Source of the DNA: a virus
Virus record (IMG/VR): IMGVR_UViG_3300025528_000383
DNA length: 64,000 nt
Direction: 5' to 3' (one strand)
The translations under genes and the position numbers were made by a program. The notes under the pieces are model-generated. The model saw only the letters and a program-made list of their open reading frames with translations, made no database searches and was not told where the DNA came from. Shown piece by piece: positions 48,446 to 58,023 of this stretch. The first letter of the stretch is position 1, and each line of letters begins with the position of its first letter.

Positions 48446-49102
48446 TTAAACCAACCGGCGGGATTGCGTTGTGCCGGTTTCATCCTTTTCCAACTCATAG
48501 GCACAGTCGGCCAGGGCGGGAAGGTAACGTTTCTCATGGGTTACAATGATCGCCTGTTTACCGGAATAGTCGATGATTTCCTTGATGGCGTGGGCGGCTT
48601 TTTCCGCATATTCCTCGGAAACGAATTTGGTCGGTTCATCAAGAAAATACGGGGTTTTGTTGTCTCCTCCGACCAGAAATCCAGTGGCGAGGAATGTGGC
48701 AAGCGAGACCAAATCCCGGATGCCGCCTCCTTCGTCGTTCGGCGAAATGCGGTTTTCTTGCCCGTTGTATGCTGTAATAATATCGAGGTCGGCAACCGGA
48801 ACGCCCGCCCGGTGATCTAATTCGATGTCTACCCGCAGGCTGTCCCCCATGACCATCTGAAGGGCGGAGGAAGCTGTTTCAGCGAGAATCTGTTTGCCGT
48901 TTTTCCGAGCTTCGTCGGAAGCTCTCTCAAGTACTTCCTTCATGATCAGCAGGTTTTCCTGTTCCTGTTCTGTTTCGGCCAGTTCCTGCTCCTTTTCCGC
49001 TTTCTGTTTGGCATACAGATCGTAGGCCGCCCTATCCTTCGTATAGCGGGTTTTGACTCGTTCAAGTTTTCTTTCCAATTGGTCTCGTGTCATCTTCCTC
49101 AC
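48446..49102 (-). CDS. C-terminal half of an SbcC/Rad50-like ABC ATPase
   Basis: Coiled coil then EGGG signature, FLDEP Walker B, IVTHE; no Walker A. Confidence 0.75.
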   Translation of the reverse strand: MRKMTRDQLERKLERVKTRYTKDRAAYDLYAKQKAEKEQELAETEQEQENLLIMKEVLERASDEARKNGKQILAETASSALQMVMGDSLRVDIELDHRAGVPVADLDIITAYNGQENRISPNDEGGGIRDLVSLATFLATGFLVGGDNKTPYFLDEPTKFVSEEYAEKAAHAIKEIIDYSGKQAIIVTHEKRYLPALADCAYELEKDETGTTQSRRLV

Positions 49103-49515
49103 TCCTTCCTCGCTCGATTAGTGTGTCCTTTCAGCTTTTCCAAGTCGATTTCGACGACCAAAGCGGTGGTCACCATCCCGAACGGGAACACCACGTCCAT
49201 CTTACCCACCACCGTCCCGGAACAGGCTGGTCGGTCAGAGTCCAAAAGATCATACAACCGGTCGTTTGTGATCCCTTCCGGAGGAGTGTAATTCGGGTTG
49301 GCAGCCACATAACCGATAAATGTCCATTTTCCCGTCTTTTTGTGGCGGACCAACACCGACAGGGCTTTGTCGTCCACCTGGTTTTGATAATCTTTCTTGA
49401 TAAAGACCCTGGTCCCAATCGGACAAGCCTCCAGCGGCATATCACGCGAGACCACCGACACCACCACTTTGCGGGCGATATCCGTCTTGGCCGGGCTTTT
49501 AAGGGTCGCAGTCAT
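49099..49515 (-). CDS. Stand-alone HIRAN-like protein
   Basis: GTRVFIKKD..NQVDDKALSV...IGYV. Confidence 0.65.
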   Translation of the reverse strand: MTATLKSPAKTDIARKVVVSVVSRDMPLEACPIGTRVFIKKDYQNQVDDKALSVLVRHKKTGKWTFIGYVAANPNYTPPEGITNDRLYDLLDSDRPACSGTVVGKMDVVFPFGMVTTALVVEIDLEKLKGHTNRARKE

Positions 49516-49678
49516 TCCGTTTCCCCTCCATCATTGTCTTTTAGTTCCTCTCGCCATTGTTCATATTCTTTTTGTAATTCTTCATCCGCAACCTTCCAAA
49601 ATTCATGGATAAAGTGAATTTAACGCTCTTTTTAACTTTCACCTTTCCCTTGCATGAAGGGCAATCTCTCTTTAATCC

Positions 49679-49694
49679 ATTGTTTATAGTCAAT
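49679..49694 (-). promoter_or_regulatory. Operator copy ATTGTTTATAGTCAAT downstream of promoter TTTACG-17-TATAAT
   Basis: Read directly. Confidence 0.7.
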
Positions 49695-49914
49695 GTATTC
49701 TATTTTTATTATATCTCTCCATCAGTAGTCCGTAAAGAAGGGGATTCACACATTATCAAGTGTTTTTCGATTTTTCCTTTCAGTTTGACAACCTGTTAAA
49801 AATGCTGTACATTCCCCTGAAAGGGGTCTATACTTTCACTGTTTCGGCATATACTTTTGCCACTCACTAGAAATCAAAGGTGGTGAAAGTATGTGCTGCA
49901 AGGGGGATGATGAA

Positions 49915-50091
49915 ATGTCTAAGATATTGGTTCGTATCCAAGGCCGTAAAGCCACGACCTTGAATAACATCGGCCTTTCTAAAGGTGTTGCAGACAAATT
50001 GGTAACACACAAAGTCCCCATCGATGTGAAAAACGGTGTCGCCCAAATTACGCCGAATCACCCGGATTTCCGTTTTTGGACAGAGGATTGA
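49915..50091 (+). CDS. Small hypothetical protein (58 aa)
   Basis: RBS AAGGGGG. Confidence 0.5.
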   Translation: MSKILVRIQGRKATTLNNIGLSKGVADKLVTHKVPIDVKNGVAQITPNHPDFRFWTED

Positions 50092-50501
50092 CACAAACCC
50101 GAAGATTATAAACGAGTCGTTCTTAAATTCAATGAGTTTTACCTGATTTAGAATGGCAAAAACAATACGAAAAAGAACAAAAACCACATACACAATCAAA
50201 AACCTTTTGTGAAAGAATATCATTAAGTCCTTCATAAAACGGCAAGCCTCCTAAACCACTCTTCACTGTAACCATTGTTACCAAGGAGCCGACATCATTT
50301 GAATGAATGGGATGCCATTTTTTATTGACACTCACATCACCGGTGATGTCTTGCTGAGAAATGGACTCGGAGGGGTATATTAATAGGTTTTCGATTGCAA
50401 CGGATGTCCCTGTTTCCACTGTATATCCCCCTCCCCCATGAAAAAAGCCTTGGAACAGAAAGAAAGTGTCCTAAGGCTTTTTTCTTTTAGGGATTCCTTT
50501 C

Positions 50502-50525
50502 CGAACATATGTTTTGTAATATAAT
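50502..50525 (+). promoter_or_regulatory. LexA box-like CGAACATATGTTTT just upstream of -10 TATAAT
   Basis: Near match to the Din box. Confidence 0.6.
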
Positions 50526-50610
50526 GGAATCAGGTAACCGGGCGGTTTTTCGGGTTGAAGGTCGCTCCCCTTTCCCACTCCATTTTGGAGGGAAAGGAGG
50601 TGACCGAAAA

Positions 50611-50665
50611 ATGGACTTTCTAAAGGAATTGATTCTTGTTGTTGTCCAGGCCGGCGTCAATTTAT
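50611..50665 (+). pseudogene. 5' part of a small hydrophobic-peptide gene interrupted by the IS
   Basis: RBS AAAGGAGGTG; MDFLKELILVVVQAGVNL ends at the TTTAT target. Confidence 0.45.
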
Positions 50666-52027
50666 CAATACTTAGCCAGAAGACTCCCACTTCTATAAGT
50701 GGGAGATGAATGGCGTCTTTTGTATATGTTTCGTTAGCATCATACGAACATATGTGCTACAATGAAATTGCAGAATCTTCAATATAAGGAGGTGTTTTGC
50801 CACATGAAACAGTACAAGGCGTTTCGTTTCTGCATCTATCCTAATAAAGAGCAGGAAATCCTCATTTCCAAAACCTTCGGGTGTTGCCGTTTTGTATATA
50901 ACCATTTCCTTGCTTTGTGGCAAAACACCTATCAATCTGTGAAAAAAGGATTCACCTACAACCAATGTGCGAAAGAATTGCCTAAGTTAAAGAAAACGTA
51001 TCCATGGTTAAAAGAAATAGACAGCATCGCTTTACAGTCATCTTTAAAAGATTTAGCGGACGCATATGACAGGTTTTTTAAAAAACAAAATGGATATCCA
51101 AAATTTAAGAGTAAAAAGAATCCAGTACAAAGCTATACCACCAAGATGGTCAATAACAACATTGAAATCATAGGAAACCGTATAAAGCTCCCTAAATTGG
51201 GGACAGTCCGTTTTGCCAAATCCCGTGAGGTGGATGGAAAAATCATTAAAGCTACTATCCGAAGAAATCCATCAGGGAGATATTTCATTTCTATTGTAGC
51301 GGAAGTAGATATAAATCCTTTCCCTTCCACTGGTTCAGCAGTTGGTATTGATATGGGATTGATTGATTTTGTTATTGCCAGTAATGGAGAAAGGTTTCCC
51401 CATATACGCAGTTTCAAAAGATTAGAAGCCAAACTCGCAAAGGAACAACGCATTCTTGCACGCAGAAGGGAACAAGCTATTAAGGATAATAAGCCATTGC
51501 ATCTTGCCAAGAATTATCAAAAACAAAAGATAAAAGTCGCCAAAATCTATGAAAAAATGGCTAATATACGAAATGATTATTTTCATAAGCTCTCCACCTA
51601 TCTGGTCAAGAGCCACGACTTGATAGGTGTTGAGTCCCTCCATGTGAAAAACATGTTGAAGAATCATCATTTAGCCAAGTCCATCCAGGATGCGAGCTGG
51701 CACAAATTTATAGAGATGCTTAAATACAAAGCGGAATGGTACGGAAAGAAAGTCATTGAAGTGGATGCGTTCTTTCCGAGCAGTCAGCTATGTTCCGTTT
51801 GCGGAGCGAAAAACCAGCAGGTAAAAGATTTAAGCATCCGTGAATGGACGTGTTCTGTATGCGGTAGCCACCATGACAGGGATATCAATTCCGCAATTAA
51901 TATAAAGAATGAAGCGTTAAAAATATATCAAAGAACCGTGGGAACCATGGGGATAGCCTACTGAATTAGGGTTCGTTAGAACCCTCTACGTAGGAATCCC
52001 CCACTTCTATAAGTGGGGGTAGTTCAA
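50666..52027 (+). mobile_element. IS200/IS605-family element, tnpB only (IS1341-like), inserted 3' of TTTAT
   Basis: Matching subterminal hairpins CCCACTT-CTAT-AAGTGGG (50684-50705, 51998-52019); right end GAAT guide with TCAA terminus; left guide AAGA at +15..18 compatible with TTAT; AT-rich. Confidence 0.85.
50804..51964 (+). CDS. tnpB: TnpB RNA-guided endonuclease
   Basis: N-terminal HTH; RuvC GIDMG, ESL, DRDINSA; CSVC...CSVC zinc ribbon. Confidence 0.95.
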   Translation: MKQYKAFRFCIYPNKEQEILISKTFGCCRFVYNHFLALWQNTYQSVKKGFTYNQCAKELPKLKKTYPWLKEIDSIALQSSLKDLADAYDRFFKKQNGYPKFKSKKNPVQSYTTKMVNNNIEIIGNRIKLPKLGTVRFAKSREVDGKIIKATIRRNPSGRYFISIVAEVDINPFPSTGSAVGIDMGLIDFVIASNGERFPHIRSFKRLEAKLAKEQRILARRREQAIKDNKPLHLAKNYQKQKIKVAKIYEKMANIRNDYFHKLSTYLVKSHDLIGVESLHVKNMLKNHHLAKSIQDASWHKFIEMLKYKAEWYGKKVIEVDAFFPSSQLCSVCGAKNQQVKDLSIREWTCSVCGSHHDRDINSAINIKNEALKIYQRTVGTMGIAY

Positions 52028-52047
52028 TCCACAAGAAAAACAAAATG
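51930..52047 (+). ncRNA. Predicted omegaRNA/reRNA (tnpB 3' end plus right end) with flanking guide TCCACAAGAAAAACAAAATG
   Basis: Established TnpB architecture; 5' boundary approximate. Confidence 0.6.
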
Positions 52048-52058
52048 ACCAGCCCCGG

Positions 52059-52166
52059 TTATTTCCGAATGTCTTTTTTTGCCTTGGGAAGCCCATATTT
52101 AGCACCCTGCTTCATGCAACCCGCTGTAATTTTTCTTACATCCCGCTTAGTGAGCTTGACGGCCAT
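52059..52166 (-). CDS. Small basic protein (35 aa), not in the ORF track
   Basis: RBS AAGGAGGGG; MAVKLTKRDVRKITAGCMKQGAKYGLPKAKKDIRK. Confidence 0.45.
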   Translation of the reverse strand: MAVKLTKRDVRKITAGCMKQGAKYGLPKAKKDIRK

Positions 52167-52335
52167 GATTCTCCCCTCCTTCACCCTTATCCTCCAATAT
52201 GAACCAAATCACAAATTCTCATACCTTGCCTCTCTTATCTCGGAATAAATCGTCCTTCATCGCAGTAGAATGCGAGGAATCAAAAAACAAGGATTGCCAC
52301 CACATCGGCAATTTATTTCAAAGGAGGATTTAAGG

Positions 52336-52542
52336 ATGGAAAAGATAAAAATTTTCGTTAACTGCCATATGTGTGACAAGGAACATACGGTAGAGGTCTT
52401 TGAGGAAGATTATCACCGGTGGGAAGCCGGTGAACTGATCCAAGACGCCATGCCTTACTTGTCGGCTGGCGAGCGGGAATTGTTGATTTCCGGTACTTGC
52501 GAGTCCTGCTTTTACCGCTTATTCGGCGTTGGTGTTGGCTGA
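52336..52542 (+). CDS. Small zinc-ribbon protein
   Basis: CHMC...CESC; RBS AAGGAGG. Confidence 0.6.
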   Translation: MEKIKIFVNCHMCDKEHTVEVFEEDYHRWEAGELIQDAMPYLSAGERELLISGTCESCFYRLFGVGVG

Positions 52543-52680
52543 TTCGCTACGAGGGCACAATTTCACATTGTGCCCTTTTTTCTTTTCTTGGTATATCCCC
52601 CATCCCCTCTTCATAGATTGGGAGCATAAGGACGAAGCGAATGTGTCCTAATTTTAATTTGCGAATTTGGAGGGAAAGTT

Positions 52681-53331
52681 ATGGAAAGCAGAGTGGGGGA
52701 CGAAAAAAAACGGAAGGTGCGGAGTGATAAAAAACGAGACGTGAAACCAACTATTCCTTTGTCACTTTATGAATGCGTATCCCGGATCTCCTATATTACC
52801 AGAACACCCATAAAGGACGTAGCTGAATACCTTTGCGTTCGGGGTCTTGAGGAGCAGGAAGTGATCGAGGCGTTGTCGGGGCGGTTCAGGCGAAAATATT
52901 GGTTCAAAAACACCCTCTTCATCGGCAGACCCGAACGAATGGCGGAACGGGTCTTGAAAAGCAGGGAACCTAAACAGCGTATTTCCATCCGGTTTCCTCA
53001 AATCATTCATGACCAAATCGCCGACCTCGCTTATTCGCTGGATATGACCGTCTCCTCAGCCACTGCCCTGCTTTTGGATGCCTCCGCCAAACATGCTGGT
53101 ATCTTAGACGACTACATTGCTCGTCATGTGACGAATACACTTGACTCCGCCCGCAAGAAACAGCTCAAGGAAGTGATCCGATACCTCAAGAAGGACAACC
53201 CGTATGCCGAAGAAATTACCCTCGCCCGTCTCATCAGCTACATCGTTGAAGAGGTCATGGATCACACTATTAACGCTAAACGAGCAGTGGAAAGCTGGCT
53301 CGACAAAACCCTTACATCAGGAAAAAATTAA
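52681..53331 (+). CDS. Hypothetical protein, probably DNA-binding
   Basis: RKVRSDKKRDVKPTI; RBS GGAGGG. Confidence 0.65.
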   Translation: MESRVGDEKKRKVRSDKKRDVKPTIPLSLYECVSRISYITRTPIKDVAEYLCVRGLEEQEVIEALSGRFRRKYWFKNTLFIGRPERMAERVLKSREPKQRISIRFPQIIHDQIADLAYSLDMTVSSATALLLDASAKHAGILDDYIARHVTNTLDSARKKQLKEVIRYLKKDNPYAEEITLARLISYIVEEVMDHTINAKRAVESWLDKTLTSGKN

Positions 53332-53485
53332 CCCCTTGTGCCATTCAAGCACAGGGGCTTCTTATTTATTCTCTCGGAAAATTCAGGGTGGTGAAATGGG
53401 GTTTAAAGATCTATCAGATGAAGGTGTTGACCATCCCACGCCTAAACTTCTATTGTGTTGCCTTTCCACTCATTCAATCGATCTC

Positions 53486-53866
53486 TTAAGATTTCCCTTC
53501 CCAGTCATCCGGAATCCCATATTTATCCAAAAGCACCCGAAGACGTTCCTTTTCCAACTTTTCTTGCTGTTCTCGAAATTGCTTCCGCATGGCTTCTTGT
53601 TCCTGTTCTCTCTTCTTTTGGTATTCTTTTAATTCTTCATCGCTGATAAATCCGAGCCCACGAAATTCTAGAAGAATGCCAGGATCAAAATCAAGGATTT
53701 GTTTCGCTCGGTGTTCCGGGAGCGGCTTCACTTTCCATTCATCTACCGTAAGGATCAAAATTCCCTTATCTTCCGTCATTATGGTAATGTCCGTTTGGAA
53801 TTGGTTGTTCCTAACGTGGACAACCCTTTTACCAATCAACTCTTCCGGTTTATTTATGAAGTACAT
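53486..53866 (-). CDS. Hypothetical protein (start revised)
   Basis: RBS AAGGAGG before MYFINKP. Confidence 0.6.
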   Translation of the reverse strand: MYFINKPEELIGKRVVHVRNNQFQTDITIMTEDKGILILTVDEWKVKPLPEHRAKQILDFDPGILLEFRGLGFISDEELKEYQKKREQEQEAMRKQFREQQEKLEKERLRVLLDKYGIPDDWEGKS

Positions 53867-54200
53867 GGACAGGCCTCCTTTTTTGATAGTTCTTTGTTTT
53901 TGGACAATCCGGCGTACCATTCGATTTAAGAAGAGGGGTGATGCCACCAGCTTTATGGGAAATCGTATCAAAGACAAGGTAACGGCAGCCTGTTTTCTGA
54001 TCGGTGGCAATCCGATAGTCCCCTTGTTCACTATCCACAATCCTGTAATTTGTCGGCTTTGCAATTTCCTTCAGATCAGATGTACTACAAGCTGAAAGTG
54101 TTAGGGCTAAGAATAAAGCAACCACTAGACCGATGATAACCGACCATTTTGGTCGTTTGATATACTCGATCACCTCTTTTAGTATTGTCCCTGGCATCAA
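53850..54200 (-). CDS. Small lipoprotein-like protein
   Basis: LSAC lipobox; D.KTGCRYL...GITPLL...G.P motif. Confidence 0.55.
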   Translation of the reverse strand: MMPGTILKEVIEYIKRPKWSVIIGLVVALFLALTLSACSTSDLKEIAKPTNYRIVDSEQGDYRIATDQKTGCRYLVFDTISHKAGGITPLLKSNGTPDCPKTKNYQKRRPVHVLHK

Positions 54201-54244
54201 TCCTAGGCTTTACCAGCAGATGAGAAATTCAAAAAAGCCAGATT

Positions 54245-54553
54245 CTAATGAATAAACGAGATGAATCCGCCATTGCTACTTGGAATCGGAATGATTGTGA
54301 TCCCCTGGTAATTCAAAGGCATGGGGTCATCCCCCTGCTTCAGTTCAGATTGCCCATTCTTTGAAGATGGCTTACCTGAAGAACGTTCCCCCTTATCAAA
54401 ACTCATATCGTCGAATGTCTCGTTCATGTATACTTGATATTTTTCTGTCTTCTCTATTATTTTGTCTTTGCTTTTCTCAAAGAAGATAAAACTACCACTC
54501 AAAAGCAACAGGGAAGTCAGAAAGCATGGAATAACTTTAAACAGGTCTTTCAT
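54245..54553 (-). CDS. Membrane-anchored hypothetical protein (start revised)
   Basis: The longer ORF start lies in the promoter. Confidence 0.5.
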   Translation of the reverse strand: MKDLFKVIPCFLTSLLLLSGSFIFFEKSKDKIIEKTEKYQVYMNETFDDMSFDKGERSSGKPSSKNGQSELKQGDDPMPLNYQGITIIPIPSSNGGFISFIH

Positions 54554-54572
54554 TTGTTCTTCTTTCCTATCT

Positions 54573-54601
54573 ATCTTATTATCTCTTTTCCTATAGTCAA
54601 T
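54573..54601 (-). promoter_or_regulatory. Promoter TTGACT-16-TAAGAT; operator copy 54586-54601
   Basis: Read directly. Confidence 0.65.
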
Positions 54602-54662
54602 AGTGTTTAGTACTTCGCCTCGGAACCCCATCCATCAGCCACGTTCCAAGTTGTGACCATAT

Positions 54663-55423
54663 TTACATCATCAATCCTTCCCGGTTAATCTCGATCAACA
54701 ACTCGTTCACTTCTTGGTAATTCGGTTTTTCTGGAAGTGAAGATTTTTCATAAGCCTCCTCCAGTTTACGCTCATAGTATTGCAGCATTTCCAAGGCTTC
54801 TTCAAAAGAATACTTTCCGTTCCTACAATCTAAAAGAAGTTCCCGGTTCGGCCGATAAGTCTGATATGTTCCCGTTTCCAAAATTTCGATGGCACTGGTG
54901 AGCAACCTGACACTGTGCATAAACGTTTTAGTGTCATACCCATACAATTGGATTAAGTCCTGCCGTCCTTTACCGGAATCCCGGCTTTTTTTCAATAATT
55001 GGAATAGGCGTACCCGCCAAACTTCCGCCTGATTTGTTTGGAAAGGAATAAGTGTCGATTATCGATGAGTTTTTGACCCAGCGGAGTCACTTTCAACAAA
55101 TCTTCAGAACGCACAAACAAAATTTCGATGTTGTTTGGCACCCCTAACATGGCATCATGGACAAATTTGTTGACATGTAAGATTGTTACATCCACATCAT
55201 CTTTAGTGTTTCTCCAGTTCTTTCCCCCACTCTTGTTGTATTCGTTGAACATTTTCAAACCTAAATAATAGTCGATAGGCGGAATGCACACGCCCTTGTA
55301 ATCTTTATCTGAATGCTCTGTGGCCGTCCCATAAGCATGGCTTCCGGTCACCGCAAGCAAAATGGTTCGATCTTCTAACCAAGGAAAATTTGATTCCTGC
55401 AAAACCTCATGCAAACGCATCAT
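54663..55423 (-). pseudogene. Phage/plasmid-type nucleotidyltransferase split by a single-base frameshift near 55001
   Basis: GSHAYG, SDKDYKGV, NPN-like VPNNIE; second frame has YDTK..MH..RL; one extra C gives ...YAYSQLLKK... Confidence 0.75.
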
Positions 55424-55478
55424 TCTCCCCCTCCTTTCTCTTTCGTCTCAAGTTCTACCCGTAACCTTGTCTAAATCT

Positions 55479-55507
55479 ATCTTATAATACCTTTGTTTAT
55501 AGTCAAT
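55479..55507 (-). promoter_or_regulatory. Promoter TTGACT-16-TAAGAT; operator copy 55492-55507
   Basis: Read directly. Confidence 0.65.
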
Positions 55508-55585
55508 GGTTTTTAAAGAATGAATGTGGAATCATCCACACGAAAAAGGAGCGGCTATTGTAGAAGCCGCTCAAGATATTTCTAT

Positions 55586-57970
55586 TCAAAAAGTCCGCTC
55601 ATTTTCCTGAAGAAATTTTGGGTTGGGATATTCCAACACATGGAGAACCGTTTCCCAACGAATCTTTTCCATCGCTTCACCGAACGCCTCGAAAGCGAGA
55701 CGACTGTATTCGTCGATCGGCTTGACCTGCTTGTAGCCGGCGTACCGCACCGCATCTCGCAGGGCATCCAGTGTAACGAGGTGATCTTGCCAGATGCGAT
55801 CTACAGTCTGGAGCAGGAAGGTACGGAAATGCTCTTCCAAATGACCTTCACGGATGAGTTCCGTCTGTTGAATAGCCTTTTCCTGGATCTTCTCTTTCAC
55901 AAATTCCGTCACCTCGTCCAGACTGTCTAGATCCGGTTCGATCGGGATAGGTTCTACACCGATTAGGCGAAGCACTCGCTCCAAGCGGGCTTTAACTTCT
56001 TTTTCACCCTCTCCACCGTCTGCTTCCGACCAGGCCAGGGCCACTTCTTCCCATTCCTTGGTGAGGACTTCCTCCACCATTTTGCGGAGTTCTCCCACGA
56101 TGTCAAAATTCGGTTCCAGGATTTCATCCCGTTGCTTGTACACGATCGCTCGTTGTTCGTGATCAATGGCATCGAATTCGATCGTTTGTTTGCGGATTTC
56201 GAAATGACTGCCTTCCAGCCGTTCCTGAGCGGAATGGATTGCATTCAACAGAATTTTGAGGTTAATCGGCTCATCTTCATCTATATTCAAAAATTCCAGC
56301 CGCTTCTTGATATTTTTCGGAGCGAAGATACGGAGTAGGTCGTCATCAAATGACAGATAGAACTGACTCATCCCAGGATCCCCTTGGCGTCCGGCCCGGC
56401 CGATCAGTTGGTTGTCGATTCGCCGGTTTGCCGCTCGTTCGGTTCCGATGACCTTTAAACCCCCGAGCTCTTTCACTCCTTCACCGAGTTTAATATCTGT
56501 GCCTCGGCCGGCCATGTTGGTGGCGATGGTAACCGCACCCTTTTGCCCAGCTTGAGCAACGATAGCCGCCTCCTTAGCGTGGTTTTTCGCATTCAAAACC
56601 ACATGCGGAATGCCTTCTGCATCGAGCATCTGGGAAAGCTGTTCGGATTTTTCGATGGAACTTGTTCCGACGAGCACCGGTTGCCCCTTTTTGTGGCACT
56701 CACGGATGTCCTTCACAATCGCTCGCAGCTTGGCTTCACGGGTCAGGTAGAGCTGATCGGGAAGGTCTTTCCGAATAACCGGTTTATTGGTGGGGATCGT
56801 CACCACATCAAGACCGTAGATGTCCTTGAACTCCTCGGCGGCGGTGGCGGCCGTTCCGGTCATTCCTGCCAGCTTCTCGTAGAGAAGGAAAAAGTTTTGA
56901 TAGGTAATGGAAGCGAGCGTCTTAGATTCCTTCCGAATCTGTACGCCTTCTTTCGCCTCCAACGCTTGATGGAGGCCGTAGGAATACCGCCGGCCTTCGG
57001 AAATTCGACCCGTTCCCTCGTCAATAATCTTAACTTGGTTTTGGGTCAGGATATAGTCTTTGTCCCTTTTCATGATGTAGTGGGCTTGAAGGGCCTTGTC
57101 GATGTGAAAACGCAACTCGGCGTTTTCCGGGTCGGAAATATTGTTCACCCGGAACATCTCCTCGATTTTCCGCACCCCTTCATCCGTCAAGAGAACCGCA
57201 CGGGCTTCCTCGTCGATGGTGAAGTCTTTTCCTTTCCTCAGTTTCCTTACACAAAGATCCGCCAAGTGATACCATACGCTTGGTTCTTCTCCAGCCCCAG
57301 AGATGATCAACGGCGTGCGAGCGTCGTCCAACAGAACACTGTCCACTTCGTCCACGATACAGTAGTGGAGTTCCCTCAACACTTTGTCGTCTTTTGAATA
57401 GACCATGTGATCACGCAAGTAATCAAATCCGACTTCCGAGTTCGTGACGTACACAATATCCGCCCGATAGGCTTCTCGCTTATCATGCGTTTCCATACCC
57501 TCCGTCACCACAGCGGTGGAAAGGCCCAAAAACCCGTACAGCGGAGCGAGTAGGTCATGATCCCGGTTCGCCAGGTATTCGTTCACCGTGACGATATGTA
57601 CCCCTTTGCCAGTGAGGGCGTTCAAGTACGCCGGCAGCGTAGCCACCAACGTCTTCCCTTCCCCGGTAGCCATCTCGGCGATGTCGCCTTCGTGTAGAAC
57701 GATTCCACCTATGACCTGCACAGGATAATGCGTCATGCCGAGGATGCGTTTTGAGGCTTCCCTCACAACTGCATAGGCTTCCGTGAGGAGATCATCCAAT
57801 GTCTCCCCGTTTTCGAGGCGTTGTTTGAATTCCGCCGTTTTAGCGGAGAGTTCCACATCGGAAAGGCGAGCGATCTCCGGCTCCAAGGCCAGCACCCGTT
57901 CCGCCCGTTTTTTCAATCTATTCAAATGGATATCGTTTTCCTTCTTTTTCAGTAGTCCCAAAAGTCCCAT
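55586..57970 (-). CDS. secA: SecA ATPase lacking the C-terminal tail/zinc-binding domain (SecA2-like length)
   Basis: MATGEGKT, VTVNEYLA.RD, DEVDSVL, TNMAGRGTDI, RRIDNQL.GRAGRQGDPG. Confidence 0.93.
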   Translation of the reverse strand: MGLLGLLKKKENDIHLNRLKKRAERVLALEPEIARLSDVELSAKTAEFKQRLENGETLDDLLTEAYAVVREASKRILGMTHYPVQVIGGIVLHEGDIAEMATGEGKTLVATLPAYLNALTGKGVHIVTVNEYLANRDHDLLAPLYGFLGLSTAVVTEGMETHDKREAYRADIVYVTNSEVGFDYLRDHMVYSKDDKVLRELHYCIVDEVDSVLLDDARTPLIISGAGEEPSVWYHLADLCVRKLRKGKDFTIDEEARAVLLTDEGVRKIEEMFRVNNISDPENAELRFHIDKALQAHYIMKRDKDYILTQNQVKIIDEGTGRISEGRRYSYGLHQALEAKEGVQIRKESKTLASITYQNFFLLYEKLAGMTGTAATAAEEFKDIYGLDVVTIPTNKPVIRKDLPDQLYLTREAKLRAIVKDIRECHKKGQPVLVGTSSIEKSEQLSQMLDAEGIPHVVLNAKNHAKEAAIVAQAGQKGAVTIATNMAGRGTDIKLGEGVKELGGLKVIGTERAANRRIDNQLIGRAGRQGDPGMSQFYLSFDDDLLRIFAPKNIKKRLEFLNIDEDEPINLKILLNAIHSAQERLEGSHFEIRKQTIEFDAIDHEQRAIVYKQRDEILEPNFDIVGELRKMVEEVLTKEWEEVALAWSEADGGEGEKEVKARLERVLRLIGVEPIPIEPDLDSLDEVTEFVKEKIQEKAIQQTELIREGHLEEHFRTFLLQTVDRIWQDHLVTLDALRDAVRYAGYKQVKPIDEYSRLAFEAFGEAMEKIRWETVLHVLEYPNPKFLQENERTF

Positions 57971-58023
57971 CTTCGGTCGTCCTTTCACCATGTTTTTGTC
58001 GTGAAGATGGCCTCTTCAGATTC

